The position numbers and the translations under genes are program-made. A stretch of 38,184 bases of DNA from an uncultured Candidatus Saccharibacteria bacterium (lineage in GTDB: Bacteria > Patescibacteriota > Dojkabacteria > J137). The DNA lies in NCBI GenBank assembly GCA_964445405.1, contig CAYUKX010000003.1, positions 4,907 to 43,090 of the forward strand. The letters run 5' to 3'. The notes under the pieces are model-generated. The model made no database searches, had not been told where the DNA came from, and was given only the letters and a program-made list of their open reading frames with translations. Positions 17,505-26,780 of the stretch are shown here, piece by piece (the stretch's first letter is position 1; each line of letters opens with the position of its first letter).

Positions 17505-18434
17505 TTATGGAGTATTTTTTAATATTCCATTAGTTAGTATTGCTGCATCTAATACACTGTCGGGTTGCGCAGCTAATGGAATCTTAGTTTCAATGTTTGC
17601 AACTGCAGTTGAGCTACCCCCGTTAGTATCAAATGTTTTTGATGTGAACTCTCTAATTTGATCAGGTAATGAATTATTAGCACCTCTTACATTTAATAAA
17701 ATACTATCAAATCGATCTGTCATTCTAGGAGTTATTTTTAGTGTAATTGGAGTACCTACAAATGGTGCGCCACTTAAAGTTACAATGTCTGAAATCCTAA
17801 TTGAGACAGCTCTGTCATCAGTTTTACCAACGTAATGTTTATACTTAAAAGGGTGGATTGTACTTAATGGATCGAATGGATTATCAGCAGCAAGTGATGT
17901 ATAAATTCTTGGAGAACCATTATCGTATACATCTCTAATTGATTTAATAGTCCCACCTTCGTTATAGATTAATTCAAATTCAATTGCAGCATTCTTGTCC
18001 CAAGAAACATTTAATGTATCAAGATATCCCGATAAATTCATATCAAAAGATCTATCTTTATATATAGGAAAATCATTAACATCTTTAGTATCTTGAACTG
18101 TCATTGATGTTGTTAGTCTATTATCGCTAAAGTCACTGTTTACGGCAGTACACGTATATAACTTCTGTGCAGCCTGAGTTTCGGTACAGCTAATATCTGT
18201 AGGTGAGCTTAGTAGATTTGGAAGTTGTGAAATAGGAATACTAGGCTTTCCTATTACATCTAATACCTTTTTTAATTGAGTTTCAGAAGTATTGTATGCA
18301 TCTTCATATTGCTCAGTAGAGGCAACCTGTTGAATATCTCTATTAACTAAACTTACTAAACTTACTGTGACAATAGCAATGATTGTAAGTACCAATAGAG
18401 TAATTATTAAGATTTGTCCTTTTTTTGTTTTCAT
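17505..18434 (-). CDS. Large minor pilin / PilX- or GspK-like protein (no Glu at +5)
   Basis: N-terminus MKTKKG-QILIITLLVLTIIAIV has a class III-like signal but lacks Glu5, as GspK/PilX-type tip subunits do. It is last in the minor pilin series. Confidence 0.45.
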   Translation of the reverse strand: MKTKKGQILIITLLVLTIIAIVTVSLVSLVNRDIQQVASTEQYEDAYNTSETQLKKVLDVIGKPSIPISQLPNLLSSPTDISCTETQAAQKLYTCTAVNSDFSDNRLTTSMTVQDTKDVNDFPIYKDRSFDMNLSGYLDTLNVSWDKNAAIEFELIYNEGGTIKSIRDVYDNGSPRIYTSLAADNPFDPLSTIHPFKYKHYVGKTDDRAVSIRISDIVTLSGAPFVGTPITLKITPRMTDRFDSILLNVRGANNSLPDQIREFTSKTFDTNGGSSTAVANIETKIPLAAQPDSVLDAAILTNGILKNTP

Positions 18435-18436
18435 AT

Positions 18437-19000
18437 TTAAAAATTTCTAGTCGAAACTGATATTTGTCTAATTACATTCTTAATATTATAGTTTGAATTT
18501 GAATGACTTGCATTAATTAAGAATACAATATTTGTTTTAGCATCGCTACTACTATCAGTATACCCTAACGAAAATTCAAAATTCTGAATTTGAAGTATTT
18601 CAGAACTGATAAACATTATTTCTTTTTGATTTCCTGTAAGTATCCTAAACTTACAACCTCTATTATTTAATGCCCCATTCGCATTCACAATGCCATTTTC
18701 GTCGCATTTTTGCCAAATGAAATTCACACCATTCTGAACAAGCTCACAACTTTCTGGATGAGCCTGATCACCGCAATTAATTACATAATCAGCATTCCTT
18801 ATATCTCTTGAAATTAGACTTGAAATATTAGAAATTTCTTCTCTTACCAAACTCCTGCTCAAAGAAAGGATACTAACTTGTAAACTTAGTATCAAAAAGC
18901 TAAACATTACAGTAATAGCAAAGCCCATGATTGCTAAACTTATTATTATTTCAATAAGAGAGTAGCCTTTTTTAAATTTTTTATTTTGAGAAACTACCAT
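18437..19000 (-). CDS. Minor pilin with a prepilin-type N-terminal cleavage/methylation signal
   Basis: KKG-YSLIEIIISLAIMGF with Glu at +5. Confidence 0.7.
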   Translation of the reverse strand: MVVSQNKKFKKGYSLIEIIISLAIMGFAITVMFSFLILSLQVSILSLSRSLVREEISNISSLISRDIRNADYVINCGDQAHPESCELVQNGVNFIWQKCDENGIVNANGALNNRGCKFRILTGNQKEIMFISSEILQIQNFEFSLGYTDSSSDAKTNIVFLINASHSNSNYNIKNVIRQISVSTRNF

Positions 19001-19535
19001 ATCTATAGCTTAATATTGTTTCTGACTTAGCCTCGTTAGAGGTTTGATAAATAATTGTTGTACTTACTTTATATAATTCTCTTGTCACCCCAGGCCTAAG
19101 AATTGGTGAAATTTCGACTTGCTGACAGTATGTAAAATTCTGCCCGTTGGTTAAATAGAATACATTTGTATCTCTGCAAATTTGTGAAAAATCAAATGTA
19201 TTATCTGTTTTTGGCAACGAAGTAAACTGACCAGGATATTGATAATTTAATACGTAATTACCACTTTGATCTTCTTTTAATGCAAAATAATATGGACCAG
19301 CTCCTGTAAGAGCAGGGCTATTTACTAGAACTACCTTACTAGGTGACTTTAATGCCTCTAGAGCTTTTAATAAAACTTCGTTTGCGTTGTCTTGGAGTTC
19401 GTTATTTTTAATTTCGAGTCGGGTTTTAGCAACTAATGCCATAGATGCAATTATTGTAAAGGAAACAATCGCTAGTACAATAATTACTTCTATTAAACTA
19501 GATGCTTTTTTTAATACTTTATTTTGCTGTGACAT
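18981..19535 (-). CDS. Minor pilin with a prepilin-type N-terminal signal (Ala at -1)
   Basis: LKKA-SSLIEVIIVLAIVSF with Glu at +5. Confidence 0.7.
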   Translation of the reverse strand: MSQQNKVLKKASSLIEVIIVLAIVSFTIIASMALVAKTRLEIKNNELQDNANEVLLKALEALKSPSKVVLVNSPALTGAGPYYFALKEDQSGNYVLNYQYPGQFTSLPKTDNTFDFSQICRDTNVFYLTNGQNFTYCQQVEISPILRPGVTRELYKVSTTIIYQTSNEAKSETILSYRYGSFSK

Positions 19536-20088
19536 TGCTTGTATTCAAATTAATTTCAATTAGTTTTTCAGTTGTAAGCTGACTATGGGTAATTTTTATA
19601 TTACATGTACCTGAATAAGAATATGTTGTGTCGAATGATGCAATCGACTCTAAATCATTGGCAGGCAATGCAATGGATGCAAATCTACCACTAAGCCTAG
19701 TGAATCCTAACCCTGCACAACCCGTATCAGGTGTAAGTTTAATGTCTACAGGTAATAATCTAAAAATTACTGTGGTATCTTTTGTACACCTTACATTCTG
19801 GGCAATATTGTTTGGGGTATTATTATCACCACAATTAAATGCGTAATACTTATTATTTGCAAAGAATAGAGCATAGAAGTATGGAGTAGTACCATCGCTT
19901 TTTGATGATACAGAATTTTTAGCTTTATTCTGTTCGGATTTTATTACACTAACCAATTCGGAATATGCATTCTGCATCTCTGCTGTAGACCTAAAAGTTA
20001 TAAGGCCGGACCATCCAAGGCCCATAATAATAGCTAACACAGCTAAGACTATAATTATTTCCAACATCGAGAATGCTTTTAAATTCAT
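19519..20088 (-). CDS. Minor pilin with a prepilin-type N-terminal signal (Ala at -1), first of the series
   Basis: MNLKA-FSMLEIIIVLAVLAII with Glu at +5. Confidence 0.7.
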   Translation of the reverse strand: MNLKAFSMLEIIIVLAVLAIIMGLGWSGLITFRSTAEMQNAYSELVSVIKSEQNKAKNSVSSKSDGTTPYFYALFFANNKYYAFNCGDNNTPNNIAQNVRCTKDTTVIFRLLPVDIKLTPDTGCAGLGFTRLSGRFASIALPANDLESIASFDTTYSYSGTCNIKITHSQLTTEKLIEINLNTSNVTAK

Positions 20089-20109
20089 AACACTATATAA
20101 CTTTAAATA

Positions 20110-20129
20110 GCTTACTATTAATAGTAAGC
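20110..20129. repeat. Perfect 20-bp palindrome GCTTACTATT/AATAGTAAGC
   Basis: Read directly from the sequence. It lies in the 51-nt gap between the pilD stop and the first minor pilin start. Confidence 0.6.
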
Positions 20130-20139
20130 ATAATCAATA

Positions 20140-20940
20140 TTAGTAAATACTGAATAGATTGAAAATAGAATCTGAAAGCAGAAAACACAATATAAAACCC
20201 GATGCTAGGAATGGAACAAATGGTATTAATACACCTTTAAACTTTCTTATAACAACTACATATATTATTGAAATTAGTGCAGCAGAGAATAGAGTGTATA
20301 AAAATGAATAGAACAACGATGGAACACCTAACATTAATCCTATCGCAGCTAAAATATCTATATCCCCAGCTCCCATTGCCTGTTCTTTGGATATTTTTAC
20401 GATAAGCCAAATTACACCTCCACCAACTATGCCCCCGACCAAATTCGATAGTGAACCTAAGTCAATTAAACCAAAAATATACGCATACTCAGTATTATTT
20501 AAAAGTAACTTCAGAACCAAAAATATAACGTTTGCAAATAGGGCGAACAGCAACATTCTTTTAGAGATAACTTCTGGTATTGAAAAAGAAATAATATCAA
20601 AAATAGATAGGTAGAGTAGAAAACAAATAAAGACTAACAGTACTAATGCATACAAAAGTGAAATTGAAAAATTAATACTGAACAGGTCAACTAATTTATT
20701 AATTCCTAGAACTAAAATAGTTGCCCAAGCGAAGGTCAACGCAAAACTTAAATAATAATAAATTCTAAGATACTTATCTACATATTGCTTTTCTAACCAT
20801 GGTTTTAATACAAAGAAGATAAAGTCTTTTCTTGTCTTAATTAAATAACGATCAGTATAGCTAACATATGCAAAAACAAACATTAACTTAAAAGCAATAT
20901 AACTTATAACGCCAATTAGCAAGATTAGAATACCGACCAT
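20140..20940 (-). CDS. pilD: Prepilin peptidase (A24 family), no recognisable Cys-rich N-terminal domain
   Basis: Polytopic. The first catalytic Asp context is SIFDIISFSIPE and the second is AMGAGDIDILAAIGLMLG (a GxGDxK-like motif). Confidence 0.8.
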   Translation of the reverse strand: MVGILILLIGVISYIAFKLMFVFAYVSYTDRYLIKTRKDFIFFVLKPWLEKQYVDKYLRIYYYLSFALTFAWATILVLGINKLVDLFSINFSISLLYALVLLVFICFLLYLSIFDIISFSIPEVISKRMLLFALFANVIFLVLKLLLNNTEYAYIFGLIDLGSLSNLVGGIVGGGVIWLIVKISKEQAMGAGDIDILAAIGLMLGVPSLFYSFLYTLFSAALISIIYVVVIRKFKGVLIPFVPFLASGFILCFLLSDSIFNLFSIY

Positions 20941-20993
20941 AAAATTTTTATATTAATAAATGATTATTACATATGTATGTAATTTCCACACGT

Positions 20994-21024
20994 AAAAAAA
21001 GAGACTCTTTCGAGTCTCTTTTTA
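20994..21024 (-). terminator. Strong rho-independent terminator after pilA
   Basis: The plus strand reads AAAAAAA-GAGACTC-TTTC-GAGTCTC-TTTTT. On the minus strand this is a hairpin followed by a T run, 13 nt after the pilA stop. Confidence 0.8.
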
Positions 21025-21036
21025 TTACAAACTACC

Positions 21037-21483
21037 TTAGTAGGTAAGTGCTGTACAAGCTGTTGTAGAATTTCCTAACTGTTGAGCAGTACCTACTGAA
21101 CCCCAATTAGCTGGACCTTCTAGATAAACTCCCAACTGATATGTTGAACTAGCTGCTCCTGTGTAGCAGTATGTAGTTCCTGTTTCGTTTGAAACACCAC
21201 CAGCTGGTTTAATTATCTTTGCAGCACCTTTTAGTGTTAATGTTTTTGAACCAACTGTAACGGTACTGTTAGTAACGTTAAATGTAACTGTTGGATAACT
21301 TCCATTATCACCATAGTACGCAGCAACTTCCAAGTTTATGTTGCTTAATGCAGCTCTTCTTTCAGTATCTCTCTGTGATCTTTGCACAGATTGAATACCG
21401 AATAAACTCAAACCCATAAGAACAGCTATAATTGCCATAGCAACTATAAGTTCAAGTAGGGTAAAACCTTTCTTGTTTTGCAT
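21037..21483 (-). CDS. pilA: Major type IV pilin
   Basis: MQNKKG-FTLLELIVAMAIIAVLMGL is a canonical class III signal with Glu5. 148 aa with a C-terminal Cys pair. Followed by a strong terminator. Confidence 0.85.
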   Translation of the reverse strand: MQNKKGFTLLELIVAMAIIAVLMGLSLFGIQSVQRSQRDTERRAALSNINLEVAAYYGDNGSYPTVTFNVTNSTVTVGSKTLTLKGAAKIIKPAGGVSNETGTTYCYTGAASSTYQLGVYLEGPANWGSVGTAQQLGNSTTACTALTY

Positions 21484-21504
21484 ACTTTTTGTTTAATAAA
21501 TAAT

Positions 21505-22734
21505 TTATTTTACTAACTGCCCAACTTGGAATATAGGCAGGTAAACAGCAATCGCTAAGAATCCAACTAAGCCTCCTGCAATCACCATAATAAGAGGCTC
21601 CATAAGCTTTGTCAAGTTGTCTGCTATCTGCTGCACTTCGCTTTCGTAGAAGGCAGCCATATCTTCTAAAATCTTATCTAACTTACCTGATTCTTCACCA
21701 GTTGCAATTATTCTTACTAATACAACTGGGAAAGCACTTTTCTCGTTATACTTTGCAATTGCCAAAGATATTGTTGAACCCTTAATTACTTCTTGTTTTG
21801 AATTTAAAATTATATTCTTAAATATCTTATTACCTGAAGCATTTCCAACTATTTCTATTGCCTCAATTATTTGTATACCGCTTTTTGCCAACATGGCAGT
21901 AAGCTTACAAAATTGTGCTACTTCAGATTTTTGTATAAGTTGTCCAAAAATTGGAATCTTTAATTTTAATCTATCAAAGAATTCTGCACCTTTTGGAGTT
22001 GTGTATGCGTATTTATACAAGCCTAGTAACGATACTATTATTACAACCCAAATTATCACGGTTACTGGATTATTAAAACTTTCACCTAGAGTTACTAAAA
22101 ACTGCGTAATTGCTGGTAGTTCAGCTTGACCTAAACTTAAATATAAGTCCTTTACCTGGGGAATCATTACAGTAATCATCAAAAAGACTACAACAATAAT
22201 GGCAAGGAAAATAATAGCAGGGTAGATAAGTGCACCTGTGATCTTCCCCTTTAAAGATTTTGTCTTCTCTAAATCTATAGCTATCTTCTCTAACATTTCG
22301 TTTAAGTTAGCGGATTGCTCCCCGGCAGCTAGTAAATTTAAATGAACATCATTTAGTATTCCACCTTCTTTTTGAAATGCTTCTGCTAAAGTAGTACCGG
22401 CTTCTATACTTTTATAGATATTTTGTAACTTTACCTTTAAAGATTTTTTATCAGTTTGTTGAACCATTATATCTATGGCCTGTATTATCGGAATATTAGC
22501 TCCTACCATAGTAGAAAGTTGCTTTAGTAAAACCACTTTATCGTTTAGCGGCATTCCACCAACATCTGATTGAAAAATTCTATCAAAGTTTAAACCAATA
22601 TTTTCTGTAATAGAAATTATAGTGAAAGACTGACTTTGTAAATAACTTACTAAATCATCTTTACTTGGAGATTCCTTTTCACCTTCAATTCTCTGACCTG
22701 AACTTGTTGTAACAATGTATTTAAAAAATGCCAT
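21505..22734 (-). CDS. pilC: Type IV pilus platform protein PilC
   Basis: 409 aa with duplicated T2SSF-type organisation (two cytoplasmic domains each followed by TM segments). Positioned between pilT and pilA. Confidence 0.9.
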   Translation of the reverse strand: MAFFKYIVTTSSGQRIEGEKESPSKDDLVSYLQSQSFTIISITENIGLNFDRIFQSDVGGMPLNDKVVLLKQLSTMVGANIPIIQAIDIMVQQTDKKSLKVKLQNIYKSIEAGTTLAEAFQKEGGILNDVHLNLLAAGEQSANLNEMLEKIAIDLEKTKSLKGKITGALIYPAIIFLAIIVVVFLMITVMIPQVKDLYLSLGQAELPAITQFLVTLGESFNNPVTVIIWVVIIVSLLGLYKYAYTTPKGAEFFDRLKLKIPIFGQLIQKSEVAQFCKLTAMLAKSGIQIIEAIEIVGNASGNKIFKNIILNSKQEVIKGSTISLAIAKYNEKSAFPVVLVRIIATGEESGKLDKILEDMAAFYESEVQQIADNLTKLMEPLIMVIAGGLVGFLAIAVYLPIFQVGQLVK

Positions 22735-22736
22735 AT

Positions 22737-24203
22737 TTACTGTAATAATATATCTATTTCATTAGGGTTTACACTCATTGATTTTGCTGTTTCTTTAGAA
22801 ATTAAGCCATCTCTTACCATCTTTACCAAAGATTTTTCCATAGTCATCATTCCTACATCGGAGCTTGTTTGTATAATATTATCAATTTGGAAGGTCTTTT
22901 TATCTCGAATAGCATTCTTAATACTTGGAACTGTAAGAAGAATCTCAACAGCTGCCTTTCGCCCGCCTGTTGATACTGCAATTAACTTTTGAGAAACAAC
23001 AGCTCTAAGCACAGAAGATAACTGAACTCTTATTTGGTCCTGCTTATTAGCCTCAAATATATCAATAACTCTATTTATTGTTTCTGCAGCACCATTTGTG
23101 TGTAATGTAGCAAATACCAAGTGACCTGTTTCAGCAATCTGTAAAGCTGCTTCAACAGTTTCTAGGTCTCTCATTTCACCTACAAGCACCACATCTGGGT
23201 CTTGCCTTAATACTGATCTAAGTGCATTATCCCAAGAATTAAAATCGATTCCTGATTCTCGTTGGTCAATCAATCCAACACCTTTAGGGAATACAAATTC
23301 AATAGGATCTTCTAAAGTTACTATGTGTTTAGGGTAGGTTAGGTTAATCTGATTCAATATCGCAGCGATTGTTGTGGACTTACCACTTCCAGTTGGACCA
23401 GTAACCAAAACAAGCCCATTAGGGAACGAAGGGAAGTCGTTAATTATTTCAGGTAATCCTAAATCTGCAATCGAAAGGATTTTCTCAGGAATAATTCTTA
23501 AGGTAATTGAAAAGTTACCCATCTGTCTAAATATATTAACTCTAAATCTTCGATCCTCCATAGTGTAGGTTAAGTCGAATTCTTTAATTGAGTTTAATTG
23601 AACTTCAGGTCTTCCTCTTAATAAAGTTTTTACATACTGGTTAACTATATCTGGAGTTAACTCAGTAGAGGATGCAACTTCTAACTTACCGTCTACTCGA
23701 ATTATTGTTCTATAACCAGGTGTAAAGTGAATATCAGAAGCATTTCTTTTAATCGCTAGTTTTAAAATATCATCAAGCTCTATAACCCCAGAAGTATTTG
23801 TAGCTGCTGACTCAATAACAGGAGTAGAGCCGCTTTGTTCCACAGCTACCGATTCTTGTGATTGAATTGAAGGCTCTATGAAACTTTGTTCCACAGGGCT
23901 ATTCACAACTTCAGGCTTATTTTCTGTAATAACAGATTGAATATTTGCTAATTCAGCCTCCGAAGCCAAAGGTGCAAGCTCAACATTAGATTCCATTTGA
24001 GGCATATTATTAATTTTATCTTCAAGAGAAGATTTAATATCGACTTGAGGAGCGACTGTATTTTCTACTGGAGCAGAGTACTCTGTGACAATTGGTTTAT
24101 CCACGGCTGAAGCTGGGATATTAACAGGAACATTTTGAAACGGTACAATTGGAGCAATATTGTTCTTAGGATCGGTTGTGTTGTTTACGTTTATAAGTGG
24201 CAT
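22737..24203 (-). CDS. pilT: PilT-family retraction ATPase with an N-terminal extension of about 140 aa
   Basis: ASDIHFTPGYRTIIRVDGKL, Walker A GPTGSGKSTT, GEMRD, GHLVFATLHT and an AIRNLIRE-like NAIRDKK. The extension is rich in P/V/E/S/N. Confidence 0.88.
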   Translation of the reverse strand: MPLINVNNTTDPKNNIAPIVPFQNVPVNIPASAVDKPIVTEYSAPVENTVAPQVDIKSSLEDKINNMPQMESNVELAPLASEAELANIQSVITENKPEVVNSPVEQSFIEPSIQSQESVAVEQSGSTPVIESAATNTSGVIELDDILKLAIKRNASDIHFTPGYRTIIRVDGKLEVASSTELTPDIVNQYVKTLLRGRPEVQLNSIKEFDLTYTMEDRRFRVNIFRQMGNFSITLRIIPEKILSIADLGLPEIINDFPSFPNGLVLVTGPTGSGKSTTIAAILNQINLTYPKHIVTLEDPIEFVFPKGVGLIDQRESGIDFNSWDNALRSVLRQDPDVVLVGEMRDLETVEAALQIAETGHLVFATLHTNGAAETINRVIDIFEANKQDQIRVQLSSVLRAVVSQKLIAVSTGGRKAAVEILLTVPSIKNAIRDKKTFQIDNIIQTSSDVGMMTMEKSLVKMVRDGLISKETAKSMSVNPNEIDILLQ

Positions 24204-24282
24204 AAATATATGTGTAATACTTTATATATTTAACTATATTTAAAGCCTGGTTACAAGGATAAATTTAAATTTGGACAGTATT

Positions 24283-26061
24283 TTATTCGTTCCTTACTCT
24301 TAGAACTTCTTCAACAGTAGTAGTGCCCTCTAAAGCCTTAATAAAACCATCTTGAACCATACTCAACATTCCTTCTTTAAGAGCTTGTTGATTTATTTCG
24401 CTTATTGATGCATTACTCATTATTAATTTAGAGATGCTTTCGGACATTTTTAGAGCCTCGAATATACCAGTTCTACCTATGTAGCCAGTGTTATTACATT
24501 TCGGACAACCTTTGGCTTTATGTAGAGTTACCTTAGCTGTATTCTTATCAAAATGTAATTTTAGTTTGTGATCTTCATCATAAATATTAAAGCCATTTAG
24601 TATGTCTAATTCTTCATGCATCTTATCCATTATTTCTTGGTTTGCTTCGTAAGGCTCACTACAGTCACACAATGTTCTAATAAGTCTTTGCGCAATTACA
24701 ATGTTAATTGTTGAGATCAATAAAAAAGGCTCAACTCCCATATCAATCATTCTAATAAACGCACCAGATGCACTATTCGTGTGTATTGTGGAAAGAACTA
24801 ATCTACCAACCAAAGCGGCCTGAACCGATAGAGCAGCTGTTTCTCCATCTCGGATTTCTCCAACTAGAATAACGTCAGGGTCCTGTCTTAAAAATGATCT
24901 TAATCCACTTGCAAAAGTAAGCCCAACTTCTGGATTAACTTGAACTTGATTTACACCATCAACTCTAATTTCTACAGGGTCTTCTAGAGTTACGATATTA
25001 ACTTCTGGAGTATTAAGTATCTTTAAACAACTAGCCAATGTCTGTGTTTTACCACTTCCTGTTGGACCAGTTACCAAAATAATACCTTGAGTTCTTTTTA
25101 GTGAATCTTTTAATCTAGCCAAGCTTAAACCTCGAATACCTACTTGCTCTAAACTAAATACCGTTTGCGACTTCTGCAAAAGTCTCATTACAATCTTTTC
25201 ACCGTAAATGCTTGGCATTATAGAAACTCTAACATCAGCAATGTTTGCACCACTTTTAACTTGGAATCTTCCGTCTTGAGGAACTCTGTGCTCATCTATT
25301 TTAAGGTCAGACAAAATCTTAATTCTTGATATTAAAGGATTTAGTAGTTTTCTTGGAATTGTTAGCTTTTCAGATAAAATTCCTCGTACTCTAAATCTAA
25401 CTGAAATCTTTTTTTCTCTTGGCTCAATATGTATATCAGAAGCTTTATTTTTAAGACCATAATCCATAACCATATTAACGATTTTTATGATTGGAGCCTT
25501 ATCAATATCTTGACCAATTTCGTTATCCTGAAAACTAGAACCTAAATCAAGGAGAGTATCATCGCTTACATCAGCTAATGCTTCATCAACTTCTTTACCA
25601 ATTTGAGCACCATACTTTGTATCAATTACCCTTAAGATTTCTTCTTCTGCAGAATAATAAGATTGAACCTTTTTCTTTAGAATAGATTCTAGGAACTTAA
25701 TCTTTTGAAGGTCAAAAGCGTCCTTCATTGCAACTTTAAATGTAGTAGGGGTTTCTTCGAATACCACCGACATACTGCTTTTAGCTGTATCCGCAGTCAG
25801 TTTATTTAAAGTATCAATCGGAATATCTAACTCATCTACAGCAATGTACTCAATGCCCTGCATTTCAGCGAGTATCTTTGCAAGATCTATGCCGTTAACA
25901 ATATTTTGAGCTACAAGAATATCTTCAGGACTTTTATTTGTATTAATTGATTCAAATTTAATTGAATTATATTGGTCTGGAGTAATTACCCCTTTTGCTA
26001 GAACAGCATCAAGAATACTTGATAAACCTCTTACTGCTGTATTATTTATTGAATCACTCAT
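24283..26061 (-). CDS. pilB: Type IV pilus extension ATPase PilB
   Basis: N-terminal T2SSE_N-type region, Walker A GPTGSGKTQT, GEIRD, LVLSTIHTN and a tetracysteine pattern (CDC...CPKC). Confidence 0.92.
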   Translation of the reverse strand: MSDSINNTAVRGLSSILDAVLAKGVITPDQYNSIKFESINTNKSPEDILVAQNIVNGIDLAKILAEMQGIEYIAVDELDIPIDTLNKLTADTAKSSMSVVFEETPTTFKVAMKDAFDLQKIKFLESILKKKVQSYYSAEEEILRVIDTKYGAQIGKEVDEALADVSDDTLLDLGSSFQDNEIGQDIDKAPIIKIVNMVMDYGLKNKASDIHIEPREKKISVRFRVRGILSEKLTIPRKLLNPLISRIKILSDLKIDEHRVPQDGRFQVKSGANIADVRVSIMPSIYGEKIVMRLLQKSQTVFSLEQVGIRGLSLARLKDSLKRTQGIILVTGPTGSGKTQTLASCLKILNTPEVNIVTLEDPVEIRVDGVNQVQVNPEVGLTFASGLRSFLRQDPDVILVGEIRDGETAALSVQAALVGRLVLSTIHTNSASGAFIRMIDMGVEPFLLISTINIVIAQRLIRTLCDCSEPYEANQEIMDKMHEELDILNGFNIYDEDHKLKLHFDKNTAKVTLHKAKGCPKCNNTGYIGRTGIFEALKMSESISKLIMSNASISEINQQALKEGMLSMVQDGFIKALEGTTTVEEVLRVRNE

Positions 26062-26101
26062 TTAAAAAACGAATTACTGTTAAAATTGACTTATTAACTT
26101 C

Positions 26102-26107
26102 ATTATA
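26102..26107 (-). promoter_or_regulatory. TATAAT -10 (context TGTATATAAT) for the pilB operon
   Basis: The plus strand reads ATTATA at 26102-26107 in the pilB/holB divergent region, about 40 nt upstream of the pilB ATG. Confidence 0.3.
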
Positions 26108-26140
26108 TACAAATTTCAATTTAAGTTAAGGACATTTTAA

Positions 26141-26776
26141 ATGAAATATCAATCTATTATAATTGAATCCAGTTCCGCAAATATTTCTTATATAAAGCAA
26201 GTATTAAAAGAAGAATTTAACATTTCGGAACTAAAGGACATTAATATAAATGTCATAAAAAAGCCCGATGAAAAAGAAAGTATTGGAATTGGAGATGTTA
26301 GCAATTTAGCAGAGTGGGCGTACAGCAAGAACCAGGATCTACGAGTATTAATAATTGAAAACGCGAATCTACTTACAGACCAAGCTCAGAACTCGCTTTT
26401 AAAACTAGTGGAGGAGCCACCTGAAAATATTTTGATTGTATTGGTATCAACAAACTCAAATTCAATACTACCTACTATACTTTCTAGATGTCTTACTATA
26501 AAAGGTGAAAACATATTTGAAGATGGGTACCAGATGAATGATATTATAAAATTTATAAGCTCCAACTACTTGGAAAGAAGCAGAATAATAGATAGAATGT
26601 TTAGTGAAGACCTAAAGAGAGGTAAAGCTGCTGGCTTTATAGAAGGCATTTTAAAACTAAAGCTGGATAAAAAGGATGTTAAAAACATCGAGGAGATCCA
26701 AAATGCATACAGAGGTGTAAAGCGTGGCGTAAACTTAAAATTATGTTTTGATTATTTAAATACTTTATTAGAGTAA
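26141..26776 (+). CDS. holB: DNA polymerase III delta-prime-like subunit (short form)
   Basis: LLKLVEEPPENILIVLVSTNSNSILPTILSRC (clamp-loader box VII and SRC motif) and VLIIENANLLT. No Walker A is recognisable. Confidence 0.7.
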   Translation: MKYQSIIIESSSANISYIKQVLKEEFNISELKDININVIKKPDEKESIGIGDVSNLAEWAYSKNQDLRVLIIENANLLTDQAQNSLLKLVEEPPENILIVLVSTNSNSILPTILSRCLTIKGENIFEDGYQMNDIIKFISSNYLERSRIIDRMFSEDLKRGKAAGFIEGILKLKLDKKDVKNIEEIQNAYRGVKRGVNLKLCFDYLNTLLE

Positions 26777-26780
26777 AGCT

